Below, one piece after another: positions 1-13,030 of a stretch of 64,000 nt of DNA. The DNA is taken from positions 37,944,001-38,008,000 of the forward strand of contig OZ336881.1 in the NCBI GenBank assembly GCA_965287045.1, in the 5' to 3' direction. The position numbers were made by a program, and so were the translations under genes. The notes below the pieces were generated by a model. That model had not been told where the DNA came from, searched no databases, and was given only the letters and a program-made list of their open reading frames with translations. Source of the stretch: Carcharhinus amblyrhynchos. Lineage: Eukaryota. How positions within the stretch are numbered: the stretch's first letter is position 1; every line of letters starts with the position of its first letter.

Positions 1-225
1 GGGGGGCAAGTGTGGTCAGGGGGTGTTATGGGGTCAGGAGGGAAGAATCTTTGAGGAGGGATGAGGCAACATGGAGATTGGGGGAGATATCTGGGGGAGA
101 TTGAGGCAGGCTTATTCTTCTGTGATTGTGGAAGCATAAGCAATCAGGCTTATAGCAAAATGCGGCTATGATGAACAGCCCCGTTACTTCTGGACCACAA
201 GCAGTGCCGTAAAAACATATAGGTA

Positions 226-345
226 ATGGTTCTGGACTTGAAGAGTCAGCTCTTTTCTCTCCTTGCAAATGCTGCCAAATCTACTGAGATTTTCCAACAT
301 TTTCTCTTTTGGTTTGAGATTCCAGTATCCACATTCATTTCCTTT
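226..345 (+). mobile_element. Decayed 3' terminal fragment of a Penelope-like element (second family)
   Basis: 'ttctctccttgcaaatgctgccaaatctactgagattttccaacattttctctttt' resembles 27045-27130 (+) and 47090-47190 (-). Confidence 0.5.
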
Positions 346-383
346 CATTTGGTAATCGATCCAGCCCTTCTCAGCTCCTGTTT

Positions 384-630
384 AGCTGGGATTCAGTGAG
401 TAGCACTCTTACCTCTGAGTCAGTCCCTCTCTAAAGGCTTAATCAAAACAACCTAGGTCACTGCTTTCTGAGGGGGCGCTGCTCTGGTGGGGGTGCTGCC
501 TTTTGGCTGAAACACTAAACCAAAGCCCTAGCTGCCCTTTCAGGTGGATGTAAAAGATCCCATGATACCACATTGGAGAAGAAAACACAGCAGGCCATTT
601 AGTTGGCATTCCTTCTACAACATTAAACAC
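384..630 (+). mobile_element. Deu-domain SINE (SacSINE1/AmnSINE1-like), decayed
   Basis: tRNA-like head ('cagtgagtagcactcttacctctgagtcag') and Deu-like core 'ctgccctttcaggtggatgtaaaagatcccatg'. Confidence 0.7.
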
Positions 631-659
631 TCATCCCTTCACCACTGATGCACAGTGGC

Positions 660-1430
660 TGCAGTATGATCCATCAACAAGCCTTGGAAGGATGGGGGCA
701 TTGGGATTTTGGAGCGACAAGTCAGGTCGGGTCACAGAAGAGGGCAGGTCGGGAGGGGGTTGTAAGCTGGTGGGGTGGGTTGGGACTGGATCAGCCTTTG
801 GGAGGTGTGTGTTGGGCCTTGGGGGAGGGGTCTGGTTGCACTTGGACTCAGAGATTGCTATGTTGGGCTTTGGGGGGTGGGTTGGGGTCAGGTCTCGCCT
901 AGCGGGGTGAGTGGGGGGTTGTGTGTCGGGCTCAGAAGAGGACGGTGGGTGGGGGGGTGGGTGTGGTGCACAGTGGGGGTGACAGAAGAGTGCCCATGGG
1001 GGTGAGGGGAACCTATACACTGGGGAGTTCCCTTCAAAGTGTGTATTTCGGGGGAGTCTTGTGGGAGATAATCGGAAGAGCTGGAGGGTGTGATTCCCAG
1101 GGGTCTCGGTAGGGTAGGGAAGTCTATGATGGCGTAGTCAGGTGGTTGGCGGTAGACCTCTGGGGAGTTGGGTTGTGGCAGGGGGGTGTCCCACGGGAAG
1201 TCGGAGTGGGATTGTACAATTGAACTGAAAGATTAGATGAGGGTATAATTCTTCAAATAATTGATACGAGACAGTCGGAACCATCCAAAATTTGCGATTT
1301 GAATTCCATGTTCAGATGTTTCCTTGTATAAAGCAATTACCCAGGGGAAGTTTGCACTGCTGGGCAATTGGCATGTAAACCTTACCTGTGAACTCTAGAG
1401 TACATGAGCGGCATTGATAAAGATCCATCA
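660..1430 (+). repeat. G-rich low-complexity repeat with a conserved 3' module (unclassified, possibly non-autonomous DNA transposon)
   Basis: G-run interior followed by 'aagtttgcactgctgggcaattggcatgtaaaccttacctgtgaact', which recurs near 49320-49370 and more weakly near 15560. Confidence 0.5.
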
Positions 1431-1444
1431 CTGATTCAGCTAGT

Positions 1445-1721
1445 TTAAAGTTCATTTGTTGGTCACAAGTAGGCTTACATTAACACTGCAGTGGAATTAC
1501 TGTGAAAATCCCCTAGTCGCCACACTCCAGCACCTGTTTGGATACACTGAGTAGAAATTTAGCATGGCCAATGCACCTGACCAGTAAGTCTTTCGGACTG
1601 TGAGCACCCAGAGGAAACTCACTCAGACACGGGGAGAATGTGTAGACTCCGCACAGACAGTGACCCAAGCCAGGAATCGAAGTCGGGCCCCTGGCCTGTG
1701 AGGCAGCAATGTTAACCACTG
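1445..1721 (-). mobile_element. V-SINE with alternative (type B) tail
   Basis: Reverse complement has tRNA-like head, V core 'tgtgcggagtctacacattctccccgtgtctg' and tail 'gtgttaatgtaagcctacttgtgac'. Confidence 0.85.
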
Positions 1722-2160
1722 CCGGGGGAGTCAGGACTGGTCATTGGGGCCGCCGGGTGGTCTGGACTGTTGGGGGAGTTCAGGGAGATTGGGGCTGATG
1801 ATGAGGGGACATTGGTGCTGACCCGGGAAGTCAGTGATCGGTGGGGGCTTGGAAGGCCAGCAATGATGGGTTCTGGGGCTGGCCAGCGCTCAGGAGCTGG
1901 CAATGGGGGAGCCAGTCTGTGTGTGCTAATCTCGGCACTGACAGATTGGTGCATGCACAGTGGCCTCCTCAGCACTGTGCTGCTGGCCTGTCGGGTGGGA
2001 TTAGGCCCAACCTCCTGATTTCCAGAATAAATCATGCTAGGGAACTCTGTGATGTACAGAGTGCCAGAGATTCATTCTGGAAATCACATTGAAAAAAAAT
2101 GGGGTTTACTCCCATTTTCCTGCACATTGGGAACTTAGAATTTTTTGGGAGAATCCATTT
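1722..2160. mobile_element. End of non-autonomous DNA transposon (Harbinger-like terminus)
   Basis: Terminal ~150 bp ('ttccagaataaatcatgctag...ttgggaacttagaattttttgggagaatcc') matches 32640-32787, which ends in the TIR-like 'ggagaatcctggccc'. Confidence 0.5.
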
Positions 2161-3129
2161 GGTCACATCCTGATACATGTGGACTGCAGATCTCTCACTA
2201 CATGTGAATATCTTTTTACAACTTACACAAAGTCAAAACTACTTGTTTTCTTGTACAATAAGTGGGCATATCAGACTAGGAAATTCGGAGTGACTGCAGA
2301 GGCTCTTGACTCTTTTATAGAGGTTTGCACCCAGGAATTCCTCAAATGGGAAAAATATGAAGGAGTTAAACAAGCAACATTCCTCTAGCTCAAGGCTGAT
2401 TGTCCCCCCACTCTTCTGCCTTGCTTCCCCTCTCCCACCATTCTGCGACAGGCCAGCATGCACACCCATACAAATCTACATAATGTGGGTGAATTTTCCT
2501 GCAGTTTCTCCAGTTCTGCCATTTAGTTTGTCATAAACTCTACCACAACGTCCAGAGAAGTGGTGTTCTGCTGAAGTTACTGTGGCAGAACAGGAGTGGG
2601 TCCGAGGGCACTGCTGGCTGAGGCTTATCTATAGCAGGTCTGCTTGAAGGTGCCTCTAAGAACCAGCACTCTTTGCCATCATAAGCTTGGAAAAGTAACT
2701 GAGAGCATTGTCGGCAGCCCTGAATATAGTCTTGCAGGGCAAAAAATCATTCAATACCATATTTACATGTATTTAAATGAAGATCTGATATGCTTTCTGC
2801 AAAAATACTTTAGTCCAATCTTTGGACTAATGGAAGACCACACATTACAGGGGGCAAAGAATGGCAGTCACTGCTGGCTCTCATGTAAACCATGGGTCAG
2901 GACATTCTCCCCATTCTATGCATTTTTGACAACCTTACCTTCTGAAGGACCTCAGGAAGATGAGAATTAAAAGAGGACTGCAGGTTTTCAATGAAGTATT
3001 AGGATAATTCTAATTGGATTCCATAAAGGGTACTTATGATCTTATCAGGAATTAGAATGTAGCCCTATATGCTTTGGCTGCCTGCTTGACTAAATTTTGG
3101 ATCTTAAGCTACAAGGTTACTAGAAGTAG

Positions 3130-3390
3130 GCTGCTGGAATGTGGCTTGTCCTCAATGCAGTAAAGAAAATTGAGAGGAGATGCGATCTGGTCTTCAAAAT
3201 ATTGAAAAGGATAGATAGCAATAGTGTCTTAAATATAATCAATAATAGAAAATATTCTTTGAGACTGCAAATTAGAAAAGTACTTTCAGCCACAATGGTG
3301 AGTGTGTGAAGTCAAGGTTCCACAAGTTAATGGTGTATCAATATTTGGTCAGGGAGGAGATTGAAGGCTACAGGGATAAATTCTCGGTAC
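3130..3390 (+). mobile_element. Old CR1 3' fragment
   Basis: Degenerate similarity to the 3' end of ORF2 at 37320-37640. Confidence 0.45.
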
Positions 3391-3789
3391 TGCATCATGA
3401 CATCATTCCTAATAAGAGAATGTCATTTTGAGAATCTAACTGGTGAGGGTTATTATAATATTTCATTCATATCCTGCCGTTTCCATCAACTGTCATTGTG
3501 GGTCAGGGAGAAATGTCACATTGTTTTCTCCTTAGAGATTCCCTTTGGTTATATGCTTCCATCAGAAAATTAAATAAGCGAGGGGAGCCGATGGCATTTT
3601 GTATTGGTTCACTGGAAGGAGTCAAGTCAATTGATTGAATGATCTTTTTTGTCATGTGCTTTCTTACGTTCATTTTCTTGTAATTGGACATGTTTATTTC
3701 TTCTAGATTTTTCGATTTAAAAATACCACACTCTAACAGAGACTGTCACCAGCTATGTCACTTAACATTGCACTAATTGCTGATTGTAT

Positions 3790-4400
3790 TAGAGTCATAG
3801 AGCAAAACAGCATGGAAACAGGTCCTTTGGCTCAACTGGTCCATGCCAACCATGGTGCCCTCCCAGCTAGTCTCAATTGCCCACATTTGGCCTATATCCC
3901 TCTAATCCTTTCCCATCCATGTACTTATTCAAATGCTTTTTAAATGTTGCTATTGTACCTGCCTCAACCACTTTGTCAGGCAGCTCATTTCATATACGTA
4001 CCACCCTCTTCATGGAGCAGTTGCCTCTCAGGTCCCTTTTAAATCTTTCCCCTCTCACCTTATATCTATGCCTCTAGTTTTCAATTCCCCTTCCCTGGGA
4101 AAAAAGACTTCGCATCCTTTCTGTGCCTCTCATGATTTTATACGCCTCAATAAAGTCACCCCTCATTCTCCTGCGTTTCAAGGAATAAAGTCCTAGCCTC
4201 TCCCTCTAACTCAGGCCCACTAGCCCTGGTACCTTCCTCATAAATTGTCTTTGCACTCTTTCCAGCTTATCAATGTCTTTCCTGTAACAGGGTGACCAAA
4301 ACTGTGCACAATAATCCAAGTGCAGCCTCATCAACGACTTTTACAACTGTAACAATAATGTCCCAAGTCAATGCCCTGGCCGATGAAGGCCAGTGTGCTA
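3790..4400 (-). mobile_element. CR1 LINE 3' fragment
   Basis: Minus strand resembles CR1 ORF2 C-terminus (LDYCAQFWSP...RLGLYSL..RRMRGD) with a short tandem tail. Confidence 0.8.
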
Positions 4401-4440
4401 AACTGCTATTACCTTTATACTAGTATGTAATGTAATATAA

Positions 4441-4953
4441 GACACTGAATTTCTCTCTAGAGCAAGTCTACCATCAACCCACACACTGCTGATGAGAGCG
4501 CAGACCCGGTGGGCAGGTCATGTCATCCGTATGTCAGACGAGCGCATACCCAAGCAACTCCTTTTTGGGGAACTCTCTGCTGGAAGACGCTTGCATGGAG
4601 GGCAGAAGAAACATTTCAAAGACACACTCAAGGCCTCCCTGAAGTTGCTTGACATTGACATGACCACCTGGGAAACGTTGGCCCAAAGCCACCCTACCTG
4701 GTGCTGCCTCATCCACAAAGGCTGTCAAGCTCATGAAACAAGGTGTATTGCTGAAGCACAACTTAAGCGCAAGCTGCCCAAGTCCAGAGCCACCATCGCA
4801 ACAACTACAGTGTCTACACAAGTCTGTCCAATATGTGCCAGGACATTCCATGGCTGAATTGGCCTGATCAGTCATCTTCGGACACACCGCAACCAGCCTC
4901 AAAATGACTATAGGTGTCGAGATTCTCATCGATGACGATGGACGAACAACAAC
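4441..4953 (+). mobile_element. 5'-truncated RTE (BovB-like) LINE with TSD
   Basis: RWAGHVIRMSDERIPKQLLFGEL..G.R..GGQKK.FKD.LK motif; C2H2 finger CPIC...HLRTH broken by a stop; (CAA)n tail; 12-bp TSD aatgtaatataa at 4429-4440 and 4954-4965. Confidence 0.9.
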
Positions 4954-5124
4954 AATGTAATATAATATAAAATGCTGAGTTCTCAGGTTTGTCTATCTAT
5001 GAGGCTCAATACTCATTCTTGGTACAACTTAGATTCATAACGCGCCTCTAATATAGTGAAACATCATGGGTCCATCACAGAAGCAATTGCAAACAAATTG
5101 AAGCTACACTAGTTGAGAGGCTAC

Positions 5125-5393
5125 TCATTTAGATGGATTTCAGGAAGAATTTCTTCTCTCTAAGAGTGGTGAATTTTTGAAATTTTTTCCCCTAGGAAGC
5201 TGTGGAGGGCGAATCCTTGAATGTTTTCAAGACTGAGATCAATAGTTTTTAATCAATAGGGGAATTAGGGGTTACAGAGAAAAGGCAGAAAATGGATTTA
5301 GTGATCAGTGGACTTAGTGATAGGCCACGATCTTATTCAATGGCCGAACAGGCTTGAAGGACTGAATGGCTGTTCCTATTTCTTATGGTTCTA
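5125..5393 (+). mobile_element. CR1/HER1 3' fragment
   Basis: Matches 37490-37757, including the tail 'ttcctatttcttatg'. Confidence 0.8.
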
Positions 5394-8084
5394 AGGAGAT
5401 ATTAGAGCCAAAAACTTGGTCACAGAAGTATGTGTTAAGGAAACTGGAGCAAAGAGCTGAAGGTCCATTCAATGGTAAATCCAGACTGTGTAACCGTTTA
5501 CAACTCAAATAAGTCTGAATCTGAATGGATCTCGGTGCATTAAAAGACTACAGTTATGACATTGAGAGAGCCTAGCCCCTAGACTACAGCATAAGGCAGA
5601 TTCACTAGTCAGCAATGGGGACAGAGAGAGGAAAAGGGATTGCACCTCAAGTCAAGGTGTACTATCATGATAGTGTAGTCAGAGGAATAAAAGGAAAAAA
5701 GTAATAATTTCTTCCAATCCTGTCAACCTTCAGTGCGATGAATATTAAAAAGCCCACTTGCCCTTGAGAAAACGGACTCTTTTATATCTGGACATACATT
5801 GCAAGGACTGCAGTGACGAGCTGTAAGATATGTTAAAAAAAGGACAGGGACTGTGGGAAGTGAAAAGAAAAAAAAACATGAAACAAAGTGAACGGAGGAT
5901 AAAATTCACCACTGGATATTAAAGTCATCACCCCAGAGAATTAAAAAAAAAGAACAGTCGGTAATAGTTTCTTTAAAGAGAGGAATACTTGACTTGTATC
6001 AAGAAGTTAGCACAGCTGTTGTATCCTACTTCATTCGAAAATAGAAACTACACTTGCTCTTGGTGTTCTGGTGTGAAGGTAGGATTTAGGAATTGTTAAT
6101 AAAATATTTGCACCATGCTTTATGAAGACAGGAAGGGTACCTTGGAATGGAAAGCAAATACAGCAGAAAATGAATCTCGGGCCAGAGTAATGACTGAGGT
6201 GCTATGGAGAAGGGCTGTCTCTCTTTTCCACGCTGGTGATAGAATGAAAAAAGCTGTCCCTAGTGGGCACAGGTTGGCAGTTCAGAATCAGCGGAGAAAA
6301 ACTCGGCATTTGCCTAATTAAAAGCTAATGCCCGTTTTAATGATGGAACATGTCACCATAATCTCTGACAGGACTTACTGTCCTTTAGCATTGATGGCCA
6401 AATCTGGCTGCTGCTGAATCCATAAATAGTTCGAAATATTCTTTAATTTTTAATACAAGAAATTTGTCTGTATGGGTGATATGAGCAATACATTTAATCA
6501 GTGCCTCCACCTATTCCCTTTGCTTTAATCCTCAATCTTTTCCATATATATAGATTAAATATAGAAAATTCTGTCTAAACCTACATGAAAAACATAGTTA
6601 ATGTAACATTTTTCTTGATGCTTAAGCAGTGAATCATTAGCATTTTTTTACTGTAACAGAGATGGATGTTTCTTTGTGCTGTGATTGATATCTGGAAGCC
6701 AAGAACCTGCATAATACTCTGACTGCTATATTGATTCCTCTGCATTTTGCTATGAACTAAAACCAGGGCTATGTAGGATCTTAACATGCACAGCACTCAC
6801 ATATCTTGTCTACTCACTAAAAAGAAGAGATTACAAAGGGCCAATATACCCCAGAGGGGTCCCCTTCGTCAGAACCTTTCCTGTCAGCCTGGCTTCTCAT
6901 TTTCCGAGCCCTCATCTGATTATTATTGTACTGACTGAATAAAAATAACCTTGTATCTGTACATGAATCATGAATAAAACCCTTTTATTTCATCAAAGGT
7001 TCTGGCAGGTTTATAGTCTTTTGCAATGTATGCGGGATGCGAATGACATACCTTTAATTTTGCTGACAAGCTTGTCGGGGGTTCTAATGAAAAAAACGGG
7101 AAGTATAAGAGTTCTCACAAGGTTTAGCATTTGCTTTGTGTGGAGATATTTTTCACCTTGCCATTGTGATCTGGCAGCCACTGATCTTTGTAATGAACTC
7201 TTCAATTATGTCCAGAGTCTAACTCTGGAAGTATGTCTTGATAACAGCCGCCATGCCAGTAATTATTACCCTTACCACTTAATGAGTCGATACTCTTTTA
7301 CCTGCAGACATACTTTCAGCACAGCAAGGGAACGGCACAAAAGGCACGAAAATTAAAAGATGTGAAGGAAACAATGATTACAAGCATGTAAAAGTACAAG
7401 AAAAGGGAACGCAGGCAATGAAATTAACCTCTTAAAAACTCCAGAGTCACATCACATAAATGATTATTTAATTCAGGGTCTTCGGAAAATGGCTGAAAAA
7501 TGTCCCTTGGATTCACTGTCCCTCTCCAATTTTTGTTTAAGATTGAAGACGCACAGAAAGCATTTTTGTCACTTGTGTGCAGTTCCTCGGACCGAATATT
7601 CAATGCATTTCTCATGTCCATCTGTCCATTTTTTCTCCACCAGACTTTAATGCCACATGAGAGAAAATACATGTTTTTTTGAAATGTTATTGCCTATGTT
7701 GAGGTGAGGAACGGTTCGTGGAGTTTACAGGTACGTTCAGCATTTCAGAGGTTCACAGCTGGTTTAACAACAGCACGGCAGGATGTCGAGAATGCAGCAA
7801 ATGTTGGAGGTTAGGAATTATATTTTCACACGTATACAATCTCATTTTTATTTTCATTGTTCTGAAAGATCACTGCTGTGCACTCAGGAAACATCTTTAA
7901 CAATGTGTGACAAGGGATTACTCCACTGCATATCAATGGGCAGTAGTGGCCCCAAAATTAAATTGGATCAGTTGCATTAACAGTTTGTGCTGCTGCTCCT
8001 GCTGCCACCATATTGGATTGATTCTGGAGCTAGGTGGCCAGAGTGTTCTACTTGAAAACAAGCGAACTAGCAATGTACACCAGC

Positions 8085-8920
8085 AACAATAACAACCTGG
8101 ACTTTTATAGTGCCTTTGAAGTAATTGGATCCCAAGGTATATCAAACAAAATTTGACACTGAAGCATAAAAGGAAATATGAGGGCGGAGGACTAAGTACT
8201 TAGTCAAGGAGGTAAGTGGTATGTCTTAAAGAAGAAACAAAACACAAAGCGCTGGAGAGGTTTAATGAGGGAATTCCAAAGCTTAAGACACTGTCCGCTG
8301 AAGGCACCATGCCACGTGGAGCAATTAACATGAGAGATGATCAAGAGGTCAGAATTTTTGGAGGGTGGATATCTTGGAGGATTATAGGGCTGAAGGATAT
8401 TATAAAGGAGGGTAATCCTAAGTTAAGGAGGGAATTTAAAGTTGAGATGTCGCTTCTCTGGGATCCAGAGTAGGCCAGCAACACAAGGATGATAGGCGAA
8501 TAAGACTTGGGGTGGAATTTAACCAGCATATCCTCCTGAAGTTTGTGTGATCCTGCCCGAGGCCAACAGAGAATATTGTTCTCCAAGCCTCGCCTGCTTC
8601 TGGAATCGGGGCAGGCATGTCAGTAAAATTTCACCTTGGTGTCGGTTAACATATAAACAGCGGGGTTTTGATAATTTACTGAGGATGGAAGATGAGAGAT
8701 GACCTGGAGAGCTTTGGAATGCAAACTGAGAAGGATCGAAGTGCCTAGATGAGGATTACAGGCAGTGGGTGAATTGAGGGAGGGCGTATTCAGACAATAT
8801 TATGGAAGTGGAAGTAGGTGCTCTGAATGATCATTTCAATATGCAGTTGTAAACTTCCTGGGATGAGATATGACACTAGGATTGAGAACAGCCTGATTCA
8901 GCTTCAGCAAGTTCCAAGGC
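8085..8920 (-). mobile_element. L2-type LINE 3' fragment; continues at ~9257-9392 beyond an inserted HE1
   Basis: Minus-strand tail 'aaaggcactataaaagtccaggttgttattgttg' and L2-like remnants ('agctttggaattccctc'; LSDIQYWM..F.QL..GK). Confidence 0.6.
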
Positions 8921-8922
8921 AA

Positions 8923-9254
8923 GTACTGTGGCACAGTGTTAGCGCTGCTGCCTCATAGCACTAGGGATCCAGGTTCACTTCCATCTTGAATCACTGTCTG
9001 TGTGGAGTTTGCAAGTTTTCCTGTGTCTGCTTCGGTTTCACCCAAGTGCTCCGGTTTCCTCCCACACTCCAAAGATGTGCCGGTTATGTGAATTGGCCAT
9101 GCTAAATTGCCCCTGAGTGTCTACAATGTGTAGGTTAGGGGGATTAGTGGGGTAAATACATGGGGATACAGGGTCAGGGTAAGATGCTGCTATGGAGAAT
9201 CACTGCAGACATGATGGGCTGAATGGCCTGCTTCTGCACTGTAGAGATTCTTTG
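8923..9254 (+). mobile_element. HE1-type V-SINE (CR1-like tail)
   Basis: tRNA-like head, V core, tail 'atgggctgaatggcctgcttctgcactgtagagattct'. Confidence 0.9.
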
Positions 9255-10239
9255 AAAGGGATAGTACAGTGACTAGGGAACACAGCTTGTGGCAGGGACC
9301 AAGTTTGTTCTTCCCAACACTTAGCTGGATGAAATCCCTGTCCATCCAATACTGGATGTCGAACAAGCTGTCTGACGATTTAGAAAACAATGGAGGGCTT
9401 GAGACAGGGGTGGGGGGGGGTGTTGTTGGTGGTGGGGGTTGCAGGGGGCATGTACATACAACAGTATCAACAATTTCAAGGTACAAATGGGAGGAGCTTA
9501 CAAAATGTCCTGGCAGATATTAAAAGGTGTGTTCAGTAGGGCCTTGAATGAGACAAAAATGTTCATTAGAACCCAGAAACATTTAAGCCCATCTGTGGTC
9601 CTTGTCCCTACTGGGTACTGCCTCCACACTCTACAGGCTCTGACTGCCAACTGGCTCAGGCTCCTCAAATTGCCAAACTGCACTGAACCTCTCACATACG
9701 TAAATGAGAAACAAACCTCAAATTGACTTATGCCTCATTACAGCCTGCCACCTCCCTGTTCTCCACCCACAGCAAAAATCCTTCCACCTCTCATTACCAC
9801 ATTCATTCTTTTTTTCTGCTAGCCATGCTGTTGCTTCATGCCATTGATGGTGAAAAGAAAATATCTCACATCAATCTGGACATTACCCAATTGTCACTGC
9901 TGCCTGCAAGGTTCCAGTAACATCAGAGAACTTATTCAAAAACCTATAGGACCACAGAACATCATATTGCACCTTCTGTGTTAATCATTGACTGCAGATT
10001 ATCGTCCTCAAGTAAATCTAAATAAATGTGCTTTTTGAAGTGATATTTTAATGGCAATGGTTCTTTTAATAAAGAAAATTACATCAAAACTTTAAATCAG
10101 ATAACACACATAGAGCAAGGCAATACCATCTCTTTCTGTTCATTAGAAAAGTGCCACTCATAATTCCCAAGGGCTCAAGCAAACACTGTGATAAAATCAA
10201 CATGTATAGATGTTGGTTGAGGATAGGGATGAGCTTGGC

Positions 10240-11001
10240 TGTGATGCTGTGAAAAATACAAAGTTTATGTGCTTGTTTTAGGGCTGGCTCATTAGCTCCA
10301 GGTAAACTGGAGTATTGAAGACGTTGCATGATCTACTCTTAATTCTGCTTGACAACAAGCCTGGGTGGCTTGGTTGCTAAAGATTAATTTGGAGCCTAGG
10401 CTACCATATTGGGAGGAAGGTGTGAGATGGCCATATCAGGAGACAATCAAGAGTAGTTCTGCTACAGGCAGGAAATACAGGCTGTCCAGCCCTGCAGTTT
10501 TAAAGCAGACAAAATGCAGACTCCATTGAAAACAGGTGGGAGCACGTGCTCAGATTAAAGAGACCAAGTTCATGAGGATTTAAAGGAGGTTGGAAGATTT
10601 ACCTAGCTTGGACTAGAGGGAAGAATTCTCCAATGTAGCCCTCACAGCAAAAGTCAATTCTGAGACTATATGTTACCCAGTTAGGAAAGAGAAAAAAGAT
10701 AAAGTCCTCAGGAATTGAGAGTAACTTGGGGTTGATTCCTGTGGAATGAAGTGGAGGGATAGTGTAAAGCATCCCCAAATACAAAACATTTTTGGTAGTG
10801 TTGAAAATTAATTGGGAAGTTTCTGTGGTTTATACTACAAGTTGCCTGCTGAATAGTGATCAGTGACTCTGTTGCTTTTAGTTTGTCAGTTGCTGAAAAT
10901 ATACTAAAACTTGAAATCTTGCTGTGTAGCCCTTTCAGTCAGTCACTGGAAAATCAATTTATTTTTCACAAAGGTTATTGGTCTCTGTGATGATCATAAC
11001 A
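10240..11001 (+). mobile_element. Possible solo LTR
   Basis: TG...'gatcataaca' ends and LTR-like composition; no TSD found and start uncertain. Confidence 0.3.
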
Positions 11002-11137
11002 TCTTCCAGTGGGTAGAATAATCTAGCAAAATCATTACCTGGGATTAGATATGTAAAATAAATACTAGGGGGCTGCAGGTAGCCCTAGATCTGTACCCCA
11101 GCATTCAGTAACATTGTGAGAGAAGCGGGGAAATATA

Positions 11138-11255
11138 GCACGGAATCTTTCTATGCCGCCTGCCACAGGGATTGTAACGGGTGGGACTGGGCCATGCAAA
11201 GGTTTGTTGACCTTGAGCAGGATTTGGGATGAGCACAGCTGGAAAAATCCCGCCC
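11138..11255. mobile_element. Harbinger-type MITE
   Basis: Imperfect 15-bp TIRs (gcacggaatctttct / ggaaaaatcccgccc) flanked by ATA on both sides. Confidence 0.65.
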
Positions 11256-12074
11256 ATAATCTTGTAAACAAAACTACTGAAACTTACTCTTGGTATGTAT
11301 TCTATACCAAAGGGGCTGAAAGCACACTGTGTGATATGAAAAACAAGTATGCTAATGCATTGGCATGAAATTTCTTTGCCCATTATTTTTTTCAAGGCTA
11401 CTAATCCATTTATTTTAAACGGGTGGTTGATTTCATTAAAATAGGAATTCCATGTGAATGTTACTATTATCATGTAGCACCATTTCATTAAGTATTTTAA
11501 GTGAGGAAGCTCTTCTTTAGATTTTTTTTAAAACTGCATGAACTGGCTGTACATTAAAGAGTACCTATTTCCTCTGGTGTTGTTAGTGACGTGGGATTGA
11601 GGGAGTGCAGGCATCTGCACTGGGTCTTTCTGTTCAAAGGATTCAATTAAAAAATAATTACCAAAAGATTTGTGTAGTAGAACATGACTGAGCTGAATGA
11701 ATTGATGTTTCCTTTTCATCTATGTTAACAATGAACTGCTTTCTTAATTAAAAAGAAAACAGAAGTTTGCTTCTGTGTATCAAGAGTCAACTGATGTAAA
11801 TGTAAAAACTATATTTGCAGCAGGGCTATGCAGATAACTAAACACATCTGAAGTCTGATAACACAAACTGGTTGCTTGGCTAAGCCCTCTTTACCGTCTT
11901 TTAGTTCATAAATAGTTTTTAAAAAGCCACAATAAAACATGTAACCAACCCACAATATTGATCAAGCAGTAAATGACTAGTAGTAAAGTGCCACCTGCCA
12001 TTCTTGTTGCATTTTGAAAAGCATTAGAAACTTCATAGCAGAAACTAATGGTGTGAATTTCATAATCAGCAACA

Positions 12075-12835
12075 TTCTGGTGAGGACCATTGACCAGAAA
12101 ATTAACTGGATGAGCCATATGAATACTGTGGCTACAACGGTACATCAAAAGTTGGGAATTCTGTGGTGATGACTTACACCCTGAGGATCTGAAACCTGTC
12201 CACATTCTACAAGGCACAAATCAGAAGTGTAGTGGAATACTCTCTATACTTGCCTGGATGAGGGCAGCTCCAACAATATTTAAGAAGCTTGACACTGTCC
12301 AAGATAAAGCAGCTGGCTTGATTGGCACCCGATGCACCGCTTTAAATATTCCGTCCCTCCATCACTGGTACACCATCTGATGCGCTAGACAACTCGACAA
12401 GCCTCCTTCAACAGCGCCTCACAAAACCACAACCTCTACCACCTAAAAGGACAATGGCAGCAGATAGATGGAAAAACCATCAACTGCAAACTTCCCTTAA
12501 CCACCCACCATCTAGAGTTAGAAAAGTACCCCAGAAACCTCTGACCTTGCCCACAGCTTGGATTCTCTGGTCCCACTGCAGTGAGTGGAGTTCTGTCTAG
12601 GCATCAAATTATCACTTACATGGTGGTGGGGTTAACAAAATGGGAGAATCCTGCCCATAATGCTGGCTCTTCCCTATCAAAGCCCTGGAACGCTCTCCTA
12701 ACAGCATTGTGGGTGTCCCCACAGCGATTCAAGAAAGGAGTTCACCATTACCTTCCCAAGAGGAATAAAGAATTAGCAATAAATGTTGGCCTCACCAGCA
12801 ATGCTCACATCCATACATGGAACAAGAAAAAAACA
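12075..12835 (+). mobile_element. 3' part of a second CR1-superfamily LINE family, decayed, with MITE insert ~12555-12656
   Basis: Conceptual translation TIDQKINW.SH.NTVA...LSTFYKAQIRSVVEYS...WMRAAP...KKLDTVQDKAA; tail 'gcaataaatgttggcctcaccagcaatgctcacatccat'. Confidence 0.75.
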
Positions 12836-13030
12836 CAAGTTGAAATTTACCATTGTAAACTAAAATCAGTTATTCATGACAGAAGTAGACTGTAAATCTG
12901 TACTGGTATCAATATGGATTGTAAACTGTTGGGTTTTCTCAAAGAACATACCCAGAATGAAATGGAGTCAGCAGAAGTTTAAGAATGCAAGGTGGACATA
13001 GAGGTGGATGGATTTCTCTTCTTAGGTTTT

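Noticed and set aside
631-1112. Pro-rich and Gly-rich ORFs
   Set aside because: Translations of G-rich low-complexity DNA.
6860-6880. Minus-strand CTGACGAAGGG as a hammerhead
   Set aside because: No GAAA after a stem II, so the core is incomplete.
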